Positions 48,033 through 56,667 are shown, counted from the stretch's first letter. The stretch: DNA of 64,000 bases from a virus (IMGVR_UViG_3300030419_007201:2079-66078), one strand, 5' to 3'. The notes: generated from the sequence alone by a model not told the origin. Numbers and translations are program-made.

Positions 48033-49239
48033 ATTTCATTACTCCCATCATTGTTTGTCCATATTCTGCTTTTGGATTGTCTGAATTTTTGACTGACATG
48101 ATTATTTTTCTAGCTTCGTCTTCATTAGGAAGATTAGCTATATTGTTCGCCAATTCTTTTTTTGTGTCAGCGTCGACTCCGAGAGCTGGGTCGTTTGTTT
48201 GCAAGACCAACAAAGCGCGCAGGACCTCCTGTGTTGGAGGAGAAAATGAGCCAACAATCCTCTTGTATGTCTGTTGTATTGTCTGCGTATCGACTTGTAC
48301 AAAAACATCAATTGGCTTATCTCCCTTCTCCTCATCATCAGCTACACTCTGTTTAGCTAGCTCGTCTCGTACTCGATCATCAGTTGGAAGCTTCTCTGAG
48401 GAAGTCTTCACAGTGACCTCTGCTTCATCACTATATATCTCTTTTCCTGCTTCAATTGCATTATAAGCATCAACAATAGCTGTGCTTGAATCGCGGCCTC
48501 CGTCTTGACCCATTATCATTCTGCCAGCATTTTGCAATAAATTGACAACCACACTTGAAGGATGTACCAAAATTGTATCAGTTAAGTACCCCATTTTATG
48601 TAAGCGAGTTATTCTATCAACCATCTTTTCTGGCTCATCTCCTACTTCATCGTAAGTAATATCCTGCTTTTGTGTGGCGGCTGATGCACTCTGGGATAAC
48701 TGAAGATGTCGTATAACACGCTTATGATCATGATAATAATGCAAGTTAGACGCTATGTCTTCTTCTTTTCCTCTTATGGTAGTTATAAAATCTTGTAAGT
48801 CTGCTTTCTGATTATTAACAAGTATATCACTATCATCTGCAGAATACTGCACACCAGCTGCCTGTAGAATTAAATTTGACAGTTTCCCATTCCAAAGCTT
48901 CTTGATATCATCAAACCATTTAGCAAAATTGGGATTCTCTTGTGAAAAGTCTTTAAGCGAATAAAAAGCCTTAAAAAACTCTGGCAGCCTTTCGCTAGCT
49001 GGTGCCTTTAAGAATTCATCTCTAATAACATCAACAGTTAAATTAGATCCTGTATCTGATGCTTGTTGAAATCTAGCTGCCAGTTTTCCAATTAAATCTT
49101 TAGTATAAGACTTTCCTGCTGCGGGGGCGCCCAAAACAGATATTGCCAAAGGATCAGCTTCTTCAACATATCTCGCTATTTCTTCTTCTATTGAAGATTC
49201 TTTTAGATATTTTCGCCAATTTTCAAACAGTAGTTTCAT
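48016..49239 (-). CDS. FENW-leader P-loop kinase (zeta-toxin-like)
   Basis: MKLLFENWRKYLKE; VLGAPAAGKS, ITYDEVG, NAGR...GGR. Confidence 0.65.
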   Translation of the reverse strand: MKLLFENWRKYLKESSIEEEIARYVEEADPLAISVLGAPAAGKSYTKDLIGKLAARFQQASDTGSNLTVDVIRDEFLKAPASERLPEFFKAFYSLKDFSQENPNFAKWFDDIKKLWNGKLSNLILQAAGVQYSADDSDILVNNQKADLQDFITTIRGKEEDIASNLHYYHDHKRVIRHLQLSQSASAATQKQDITYDEVGDEPEKMVDRITRLHKMGYLTDTILVHPSSVVVNLLQNAGRMIMGQDGGRDSSTAIVDAYNAIEAGKEIYSDEAEVTVKTSSEKLPTDDRVRDELAKQSVADDEEKGDKPIDVFVQVDTQTIQQTYKRIVGSFSPPTQEVLRALLVLQTNDPALGVDADTKKELANNIANLPNEDEARKIIMSVKNSDNPKAEYGQTMMGVMKYEIPI

Positions 49240-49756
49240 TATTATTTACCCCATGTTCTGAAAATATTGCGTTAATCTCTTCTGCTTCTATATCGCCTAG
49301 TTCGCCCATTGTGATACCCAAACTACGTCTTTTTGTATTTCGCGAGCGCGCTAACTGACGTCTTAAACTTTCTCCTTGTTGTGCCATCGGAGAGCGTGAT
49401 AATGCTTTGGCTACCGCTCCTAATTCGGAATCTGGGTGTGGATATTTATCCTCATGTTTGATAATCCACTGTTTGTCAAGATCTATTCCATATGTTGGAA
49501 ACCACATTCCAGCCGTGTGCTCAGTATCTGCTATGCTTGATCCGCCAGATCTATAAAATCCAACTTTTTTAGTTTTTTCGTGAGATTGATATTCTACAAC
49601 AACAAATAAACTATGATTCCAAAACAATGGCCCTTCCACAACTCTAACAGTTGAGGGGTCTACAGGCATAAAGCTGCCTCCGCGAGACCAAGGAGTGCCG
49701 GAGCCTGGATATCCTTTATCCAGATATTGGCGCCAATTTTCGAACAATAGTTCCAT
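49223..49756 (-). CDS. FENW-leader protein, unknown domain
   Basis: MELLFENWRQYL; FYRSGG.S...GMWFPTYG. Confidence 0.8.
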   Translation of the reverse strand: MELLFENWRQYLDKGYPGSGTPWSRGGSFMPVDPSTVRVVEGPLFWNHSLFVVVEYQSHEKTKKVGFYRSGGSSIADTEHTAGMWFPTYGIDLDKQWIIKHEDKYPHPDSELGAVAKALSRSPMAQQGESLRRQLARSRNTKRRSLGITMGELGDIEAEEINAIFSEHGVNNNETTV

Positions 49757-49758
49757 CT

Positions 49759-49944
49759 TTATTCATTTTCCTCGTGGAGAGTTGGCATGCCATTTTTTTC
49801 CAAAAATTTCATAATTCTCATTTGTAATTCTTTTGGTAGGCTCGCGGCTTCGGGTGCATATGCAATATCACTTAAAATTTCTATTGCTTCATCTTTAACA
49901 GTATTCCCTTCAAATTCTCTCCAGTTTTCAAGTATCGTTTTCAT
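49759..49944 (-). CDS. Small FENW-leader protein
   Basis: MKTILENWREF; RBS AGGAG; ACTAATTA upstream. Confidence 0.75.
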   Translation of the reverse strand: MKTILENWREFEGNTVKDEAIEILSDIAYAPEAASLPKELQMRIMKFLEKNGMPTLHEENE

Positions 49945-50338
49945 TATAGTTTATCTCCTTAAACTTATTCTTAATTAGTTCGTCGATTGGTACTGGCTCC
50001 CCATCTCCGTCAATTCTTACAAATGTCATGTCAGTTGTGCATACTGTTTTTTGTGATCCGTTGTATGGGCTATGCCTTCTAGCTTCTAATCTAATCGTTA
50101 CTGATGTATTTCCAAGATTAACAAGTTGGCCATAAATCTTTATTATTTGCCCAGGACGAACTGGTTTTTGAAACGTAACTTCAGAAATTTTAACTGTAAC
50201 CATTCTGGGTGTACTGCACGTCTGTGAAGAAAAAGCGGCGCCGGCCTCGTCAAGCCACGACATCATTGTCCCTCCAAACAAGTTTCCATGGACTCCCACA
50301 TCTTTTGTCATGCATACATGTGTCGCTATTAGATTCAT
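49928..50338 (-). CDS. Hot-dog-fold acyl-CoA thioesterase
   Basis: HGNLFGG.MMSWLDEAG, F.KPV..G, G.TS, TFVRID..G.P. Confidence 0.9.
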   Translation of the reverse strand: MNLIATHVCMTKDVGVHGNLFGGTMMSWLDEAGAAFSSQTCSTPRMVTVKISEVTFQKPVRPGQIIKIYGQLVNLGNTSVTIRLEARRHSPYNGSQKTVCTTDMTFVRIDGDGEPVPIDELIKNKFKEINYNENDT

Positions 50339-50417
50339 ATTAACCTCGTATAATATTATTCATCCTGCCATACAGCATATAACAGACATATAATTATACA
50401 CCCTCCGAATATTAATT

Positions 50418-50876
50418 TTAGTTCCATTTGTAGGTTTCCCTAAATATTTCTGCGCCTACAACGCCATAATCTCCGGGTCCATATTGCACCAAAAAATCTC
50501 CTACCTCTCCTTGTAATAGATCGGGAGACCAAGAGACCTTTACTTGAAATGGCTGCTGCATTTCTTTGGCAAATACTGGAATATCTTTCTTTGATGCCAG
50601 CCCGGGCATTATAATATCATAAGTCTGGGAAAAGCTTTCAGCAGGGATCGGCCATTGTTCGCCTTTTGTGCCGGTCATAATAGCATCCCCGGGATTAGCG
50701 TTTACCGGGCCTTCTTTTGTTTCAATTGTCTCAGCGCCTGAAGCATATCTAAATTGAAGAGGAATGGGTTTTTTAGCAGTTTGAAAAGCTTCAGGATCTT
50801 GAGATAGATCTGGGTTATCGTCTGCCCCGATGGCTTCATTTATATACTTGCGCCAATTTTCAAATAGAAGTTTCAT
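50418..50876 (-). CDS. FENW-leader PGDYG-type protein
   Basis: MKLLFENWRKYINE; ETKEG...GD...G..GEQWP...F..TY; YGPGDYGVV. Confidence 0.8.
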   Translation of the reverse strand: MKLLFENWRKYINEAIGADDNPDLSQDPEAFQTAKKPIPLQFRYASGAETIETKEGPVNANPGDAIMTGTKGEQWPIPAESFSQTYDIIMPGLASKKDIPVFAKEMQQPFQVKVSWSPDLLQGEVGDFLVQYGPGDYGVVGAEIFRETYKWN

Positions 50877-51733
50877 GACAGGGAGCCCATATCCGGATCT
50901 GTAGCATACTGAAACTCGTAACTTGATTCCTCCCAGCCGGCTTCAATAGCATCAATAATTTGATCTGGGGTAGGATTATGATTATTATACAATAAACTTT
51001 TTATGTGTGATAGCGCATATGCTACATTAGACATCGCTTCTGGATCTTTGCTATCTGGATCATATAATTCATATTCTTCTTCATGTCCTGCTGCTTGTTT
51101 CCATAGTATGTTATATAGATCTGCGGCAGCTGTTGCTCCAGCTGGGCCATATGCGTTTGAAAAGCCTTCCATTAGATTTTTTGTCAATGAAATTCCTCGC
51201 GCTTTCCTATCTTTTGTGTCAATATACACTTTATAACCCATCTTTTCTAGTTTTAGACATTCGTCTGAGTGAGCCCAGCGATTCTGTACCAATCTAGTAA
51301 ATTCTGGTGCATGTTCTCTAGAGTCTGTATTTAATTGTACAGTAATGTGTTTACCATCCACATACATGCTATTAATTGGTATTTCTAGTACATTTTGAGC
51401 AGATTCTTCAATTGTTTTAATAATTTCTGGATCTAATGCTAAATTTAATTGAATTGGATCTTTTGTACGAGACAAGAAGGCTTCTAAGTCTTCTCCTGGT
51501 TCTGAGGCTCGCGTCGGCCAAAGATCTGCATTTTCTGTACCATCTGGAAAGGTTATTGTGTACACTCGTCCGCCGGAAGTGTCGTGATAATCAACTATAG
51601 GTTGCCCTGGGCTCCATCGATGGTGTGAGGTTTTAGCAGAATTATAGCTATATTTATCGGTTATTATATCTTCTAAAGATGATGATTCATTAAGTTTATG
51701 ATACTTTCGCCAATTTTCAAATATATCTTTCAT
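50873..51733 (-). CDS. FENW-leader protein, unknown domains
   Basis: MKDIFENWRKYHKLNE. Confidence 0.8.
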   Translation of the reverse strand: MKDIFENWRKYHKLNESSSLEDIITDKYSYNSAKTSHHRWSPGQPIVDYHDTSGGRVYTITFPDGTENADLWPTRASEPGEDLEAFLSRTKDPIQLNLALDPEIIKTIEESAQNVLEIPINSMYVDGKHITVQLNTDSREHAPEFTRLVQNRWAHSDECLKLEKMGYKVYIDTKDRKARGISLTKNLMEGFSNAYGPAGATAAADLYNILWKQAAGHEEEYELYDPDSKDPEAMSNVAYALSHIKSLLYNNHNPTPDQIIDAIEAGWEESSYEFQYATDPDMGSLS

Positions 51734-51741
51734 AATAATAA

Positions 51742-52929
51742 TTACCTGTCAAAAATGATTACTTCCCCAGTTTGATAAGAAATTCCAAAATTACCTAAAT
51801 GCACATCACGAGTAAGATTTCCGTAAATAAATTGATCACCTACCGAGACAGCTAAATCATACATCGCTGTTAAAAAATCTTTTAAAAGCTTTGCGCCGGT
51901 ACCGGATTGCAGAACGGGTGGTATGGCCGGCAAATCTATAGGATCGACGCCATCGTCGCGATACTCTGGTTCTTGAGCCCAGCCATACTTCTGTATAAAC
52001 GCGCTATTGTTTTCCAATCCTTTCTTTTGAATCCATTCAAGAACATATTTAACATATTCGTCTGCGCCCCCTGCGACCATAGTGAAAGGCTTGATATGAT
52101 GTTTTTCTAGTTCACGATCATTCGCGATGTTATACATTGAGTTATTAGCTGCATCTTGCATGCCGTTAAAAAGATCTGTATCGAAAAATGTTTCAATAAT
52201 GCGACCACCTTGTACATCTTCGTATTCGTCTAACCAGTTTTCAAATGGAATAACTTTTCCAATTTCAGCATAGCCGGCATATTTTACGGGATTGACCATA
52301 TCTCTCTCTGCATTCGGTACATACATCGGCATTGTACCATATTCGTATACAGCTAGATCATGTGATCTTGCGGCTCCTCCAACTTGGGAATTTAAAAGCT
52401 TAGCATAGGTTTCAAGCTCTTTCTGCAAGCCGTAAACCCCACTTTTAAAAATTTTAACTACATGATCATTGCTGAACAATATCGCGATGCCAAAGCCACC
52501 TTCTCCAAGTACTTTTACAAATTTATGATCTTTAAAAATATTACTTGGGGTGCCGGCGCCTTCGGTTGTACCTTGTGTTGCACCTTCTAATGAATTACAT
52601 GAAAATGTTCCCGCATTTCTCCATTCATAACCTTTGATCCATTTTTTTAATTCAGCACAATTAAAAGCAATATTTTCTAAAGACTTTGGGGGCCGTTGAG
52701 CCTGAGCCTGTTCGAATTCTTCAGGAGATGATTTGCGATGTTGGCTTACTTCATCATCGGCTTTCCATTGTTTAAATTTTTCCCAGTCAGCCTCAGTAGA
52801 TGAAGGGCTCTCCTTCCACTTGGCAGCTAATTTTGTACGCTCCGCAGGTGGCTGGCGGTTGTCTAAAGCAGAGATAACATCGTCAACATACGCCTCTCGA
52901 ATAAATTTTTGCCAATTTTTTATTTTCAT
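51742..52929 (-). CDS. Protein-kinase-like protein with a leader variant
   Basis: MKIKNWQKFIRE; LGEGGFG, VVKIF, E, RDVHLGN, IIFD. Confidence 0.8.
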   Translation of the reverse strand: MKIKNWQKFIREAYVDDVISALDNRQPPAERTKLAAKWKESPSSTEADWEKFKQWKADDEVSQHRKSSPEEFEQAQAQRPPKSLENIAFNCAELKKWIKGYEWRNAGTFSCNSLEGATQGTTEGAGTPSNIFKDHKFVKVLGEGGFGIAILFSNDHVVKIFKSGVYGLQKELETYAKLLNSQVGGAARSHDLAVYEYGTMPMYVPNAERDMVNPVKYAGYAEIGKVIPFENWLDEYEDVQGGRIIETFFDTDLFNGMQDAANNSMYNIANDRELEKHHIKPFTMVAGGADEYVKYVLEWIQKKGLENNSAFIQKYGWAQEPEYRDDGVDPIDLPAIPPVLQSGTGAKLLKDFLTAMYDLAVSVGDQFIYGNLTRDVHLGNFGISYQTGEVIIFDR

Positions 52930-52931
52930 GG

Positions 52932-53654
52932 TTAAAGGTCATCATCATCCGGTAATGTTCCTGGCCCAGAGGGATCGAAGCCCTGTGCATTTTCTGTCCA
53001 GCCATCAGTACGCTGAAAATCTGTCTCGTTCTTAGTATCAGGTACCCACCTATCAAGAAACTTATTCATCTTTTTAACTAGGGCCCTGCTTGCTTTTGTT
53101 GGATCCTTGTCTTGTTGTCTGGCGACTGCTTCTTTTATGGGCCCTACTTCATCATCAAACTTATCTTCAATTTGTTTTAAAATTCTACAAATTTGCATTT
53201 CAGCATTTTGTTCGCACCCTGCTCTTTGGTTTGGAAGAGTTTCAGTCCAAAAAGTATCAACTGCTGCGTAGACTTCATCCCATGCTACTAATGTGTCTTC
53301 TTGGAGCCCAGTACTGTCCCATGCGCCTTCGTGGAGCCAGTGAGTAGATCGAGGTCCAATATACTTTTCCATCTTATTTGCAAGTTCTGGAAGGGTCTTT
53401 ACACTAGCAGCTGCTTGAGTAGATGTTATTCCATAAGCAGCTGCACTAGGCTCAGCTTGAGCGGTTGCTACTTGAGAAGTGGTCGAAGGCGGTGCTGCTT
53501 GAGCAGGTGTGGGCGCGCCTAAAGAGGATAAACCCATGGCTGCAGCAATAGCAGCATCCTTCCAACCTTCTTCAATTGGAGTATCGACTCGATTTTCAGC
53601 TTTAATAATCTCTTCTTTAATTATTTGTTGTAATCTTTGTTTTGTAATTTTCAT
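52932..53654 (-). CDS. KIT/IIKEE-leader protein with an internal signal-peptide-like segment
   Basis: MKITKQRLQQIIKEE...IEE|GWKDAAIAAAMGLSSLGAPTPAQA. Confidence 0.8.
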   Translation of the reverse strand: MKITKQRLQQIIKEEIIKAENRVDTPIEEGWKDAAIAAAMGLSSLGAPTPAQAAPPSTTSQVATAQAEPSAAAYGITSTQAAASVKTLPELANKMEKYIGPRSTHWLHEGAWDSTGLQEDTLVAWDEVYAAVDTFWTETLPNQRAGCEQNAEMQICRILKQIEDKFDDEVGPIKEAVARQQDKDPTKASRALVKKMNKFLDRWVPDTKNETDFQRTDGWTENAQGFDPSGPGTLPDDDDL

Positions 53655-54394
53655 TATGAAATTTCCTTGTTTTCTCTAAGACCTAAATCAGTGGCTAAGT
53701 CATCAGTAAATTGTGGTCGCTGGCTAAAAAAGTCTGGATCCTTAGCATAAAACTCAGCCATATCTGTTAAATATTGATAAACATTAGCTTCTTCGCCAAA
53801 CTCTTGTTGAAGAAGAGGAATAATTTTTTTTAACAATCCTGGAAATTTAGCCATATCCGTAGCAGCTAGTCTGGGCCAGCCCTCTTGAAGCATCTCGCGT
53901 CCTGATTTGTCGAAAAATGATTCTGCTAGCCAGCGATCTAAATCATCCATTTGCCTATCATATTCAGCTGCTCTTGGGTGATCTGGGCGATGACCTCCTC
54001 TTGAAGGAGCAGGGGGTGGCATTTTTGCTATTTTTGCTGTCTTGCCGGGAACTGCTTCTTGCTCATAGCCCGGCACATCTTCAAACCTTCCGTACATCCA
54101 TTCGTCGTCGTCGATGTTTTCTTCAAGATCACCCTCTTCTAACTGGCCAGATTCCTTATCTTGCAAATATCTCTTCGCACCTGTTGCGTTACGGAATCCA
54201 TCGTCATAAGGGTCTATATAACCTAGTCTTTCTGCCTCTTCTGCCTCTTCGCGGGTTAGCGGTCGACCATGTGGATCTGGTTCAGAATAATCGTGAGAAT
54301 GGCCTTCCGTTAAGGTATTTTGTTCTTCTCGTGTTATTGTTTCATTTAAAAAGTATCTTGGGTCAATACGTTTCTTGTTCTTAGTTGGTTTCAC
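53654..54394 (-). CDS. Acidic protein with multiple LxE sites
   Basis: MKPTKNKKRIDPRYFLNE; LTE, LEE x2, LAE, LQE, LRE. Confidence 0.75.
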   Translation of the reverse strand: MKPTKNKKRIDPRYFLNETITREEQNTLTEGHSHDYSEPDPHGRPLTREEAEEAERLGYIDPYDDGFRNATGAKRYLQDKESGQLEEGDLEENIDDDEWMYGRFEDVPGYEQEAVPGKTAKIAKMPPPAPSRGGHRPDHPRAAEYDRQMDDLDRWLAESFFDKSGREMLQEGWPRLAATDMAKFPGLLKKIIPLLQQEFGEEANVYQYLTDMAEFYAKDPDFFSQRPQFTDDLATDLGLRENKEIS

Positions 54395-55428
54395 TTCTTA
54401 ATACCTCCCATAAGCAATATAGCAACCAATCCTGGGACGTTATCTCTAATATAGACCCCAGAGAATAAAGTCTCGGTTCGTCCGCCGACATATGAAATAG
54501 CAGCATCCATATGTTGACTAATATTAGGATCATCTGCCATTTCTGGAGATACTACCAATAATAGCGCACCTGTCTTTGATTTTTCTTGTGAACTTGGGCA
54601 AGGAGATCTCTTAAGACAATTTTGATATATCATTGCTCCTAAGTTATCAACATTAGGGTCTCGAATTACCGTAGTACCAACAAGCATACGATTTTGTTGC
54701 TTTAAACAACGTTCCAAGTCCTTAGAATCAAAAGATTGAATAGCTGACTTTTCTGATGCTAGTTTAAAAGTTTGAGTTAGTAACTTAGCAAACGCTGAGT
54801 TGGCAGTTGGGAACAGCTTTGACATACCAACCTTGCCTCTGAGAATTTTAACCTGTCTTTCATTATCTAATATAATGTGAGGTGAAGACTTGACATCATT
54901 TGATAGAGATAGCGCATTTTTAGCTATTGTAGAGTTAAGCAACTCTTGAGAAGTAGGCCATGTAACTATATAGAATACTTTACCTTCTGCCCCAACAGAC
55001 TTTAAATATCTTTTAAATACATCGTCTAAAGCATGACATGCGCTACCAGTACCTCCGCCGCCGCCAGCAAGGACAAAAATCCAATCAACTTTTCCTAACT
55101 TTGTACGAAGCGCGTCTTCTACAACGGCACTATTCTGACCAAATACATCTTTTCCAAATTCTACGTTTTTTGCCACGCCGTCTGCGTCTGGAATCAGTAC
55201 TAAGTGTTTTGGATCTACATTGTCAGGCTGATCTTTTGCTGTTGTATTAATAAGGAGTGTTTTGTTGAACCCAATATCTAAGAAGGCTTTTGCTAGCTTG
55301 CCACCTCCTCCTCCGACTCCTATAAATGCGCAATTTAAAGCGCACTCAACTTCATTCTGTGGTAATTCGTTAGTTTGTGCTACTTCGTCTGCATCTCCAT
55401 AGTGGTCGACAAAATCAAATTCTTCCAT
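54391..55428 (-). CDS. Tubulin/FtsZ-family GTPase (PhuZ/TubZ-like)
   Basis: FIGVGGGGG, INT, GGGGGTGS, LDN, SFDSKD (T7-loop-like); RBS AGGAG. Confidence 0.85.
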   Translation of the reverse strand: MEEFDFVDHYGDADEVAQTNELPQNEVECALNCAFIGVGGGGGKLAKAFLDIGFNKTLLINTTAKDQPDNVDPKHLVLIPDADGVAKNVEFGKDVFGQNSAVVEDALRTKLGKVDWIFVLAGGGGGTGSACHALDDVFKRYLKSVGAEGKVFYIVTWPTSQELLNSTIAKNALSLSNDVKSSPHIILDNERQVKILRGKVGMSKLFPTANSAFAKLLTQTFKLASEKSAIQSFDSKDLERCLKQQNRMLVGTTVIRDPNVDNLGAMIYQNCLKRSPCPSSQEKSKTGALLLVVSPEMADDPNISQHMDAAISYVGGRTETLFSGVYIRDNVPGLVAILLMGGIKK

Positions 55429-55438
55429 TTCCCTCTCC

Positions 55439-55609
55439 TTATTTTAAAGTACGTATCTGTTTGTTAATTCTTTTAATTTGTTTACTCATTGATGCAACAT
55501 CATCTTCAAGCGAATCAATTCTTGACTGTGTTGTGTAATAAAAGCCACCTAAAGTTGCAGCAATTGTTAATAAAGTAATTAGTGTCTTAATGTCCAATTT
55601 AAGATCCAT
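55439..55609 (-). CDS. Small membrane-anchored coiled-coil protein (56 aa, not in track)
   Basis: Hand-translated MDLKLDIKTLITLLTIAATLGGFYY...RIDSLEDDVASMSKQIKR. Confidence 0.65.
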   Translation of the reverse strand: MDLKLDIKTLITLLTIAATLGGFYYTTQSRIDSLEDDVASMSKQIKRINKQIRTLK

Positions 55610-55814
55610 TTTTTATTCTCTCCCTGGTGTGATCATTCCATGTTTGTAATTTATGACATGTGTGCTCTAAGTTGTACACCCTGGGGATGTCACATATTGG
55701 TAATATTGCATGCATGATAAAAATTATGCCTCTAAAAATCAGCGAAACACCAATCGTAGAAGCAAATACAAAATGACTTAAATAAGTCTCATTATTTTCC
55801 TTCAGGTGTTTCAA
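55599..55814 (-). CDS. Small membrane protein (DUF6356-like)
   Basis: HLKENNETYLSHF.FA...HAILP pattern. Confidence 0.6.
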   Translation of the reverse strand: MKHLKENNETYLSHFVFASTIGVSLIFRGIIFIMHAILPICDIPRVYNLEHTCHKLQTWNDHTRERIKNGS

Positions 55815-56058
55815 TATTTTCCGTCACTCGTATATCAGCCATGGCTTTTTCAACACCAGCAGAGGCCAGATCTTTTGCTGGAGTCATATGATGATTAAGG
55901 ATCTTCAGCTGAGATAAGATTTCTTCTAAAAGAAACACCATCTGATGATCTGTGCTCATATCGTCTCTTTCGTATTCTGAAAAATCTTTAGATCTAGTGT
56001 ATTCCGGATCCTTAGCCTCGTTCATGAATTGCTTCCATGTGTTTTTTGAAAATTTCAT
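55792..56058 (-). CDS. Leader-variant protein
   Basis: MKFSKNTWKQFMNE. Confidence 0.75.
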   Translation of the reverse strand: MKFSKNTWKQFMNEAKDPEYTRSKDFSEYERDDMSTDHQMVFLLEEILSQLKILNHHMTPAKDLASAGVEKAMADIRVTENIETPEGK

Positions 56059-56064
56059 TTTTGT

Positions 56065-56667
56065 TTAATTGCTCCTGGGAGTTAACAAGCCATTACGTTC
56101 CAATGCAGTGTAGGCATAGCCAAACAACTGACTAAGAAATCCTTCGTTAACAGCTTGGATATCGCTTATTTTTTGTTGTAATCGCTCCGGTTGGCCACGA
56201 AGCTGGCCAAAAGCTTGCAAAAGCTGTAATCTGACTTCAACCAGCGAACTCATTAGTTTATCAATCGACTCTAATGCTGCAGCGATGTTTGGATCTGCAC
56301 CTCTGTTTGAGTGTAAAACATTGCGTACTCTATGAGCAATTCGAGTTGCGTTTTCTATTGCGCCTATAGTAACACCTTCATCATTAACGATACCTTGTCT
56401 CCATGCAGACAGCATTCCATCGTTGGCGTCGCCATGGCCATACAAAGCTCCTTGAAGCCATTGCCATTCTTTGTCAATCTGACTTCGAATATCATCAATA
56501 TCATCATTTGCACCCCCCGGAGGTGCATCACCGGTCGGGTTATCACGAGCGCGCTCATAATCACCGGGGATTGTTGGGTCGTATGGGCGCCCACCGTATT
56601 CCTTCATGATATCTCTAGACCGGTTACTGCTAGCCCATTTACGAAAATTTTCAAATAATTCTTTCAT
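56065..56667 (-). CDS. FENF-leader helical protein
   Basis: MKELFENFRKW...IMKE. Confidence 0.8.
   Translation of the reverse strand: MKELFENFRKWASSNRSRDIMKEYGGRPYDPTIPGDYERARDNPTGDAPPGGANDDIDDIRSQIDKEWQWLQGALYGHGDANDGMLSAWRQGIVNDEGVTIGAIENATRIAHRVRNVLHSNRGADPNIAAALESIDKLMSSLVEVRLQLLQAFGQLRGQPERLQQKISDIQAVNEGFLSQLFGYAYTALERNGLLTPRSN

Noticed and set aside
45614-51733. FENW leader repeats as a CRISPR array or integron attC array
   Set aside because: The repeats are in-frame coding sequence with synonymous variation, spaced by whole genes, non-palindromic, and there is no cas1 or integron integrase nearby.
54391-55428. Claim that this is a nucleus-forming phage
   Set aside because: Tubulin alone is insufficient; no chimallin or phage RNAP subunit is recognisable in this window.
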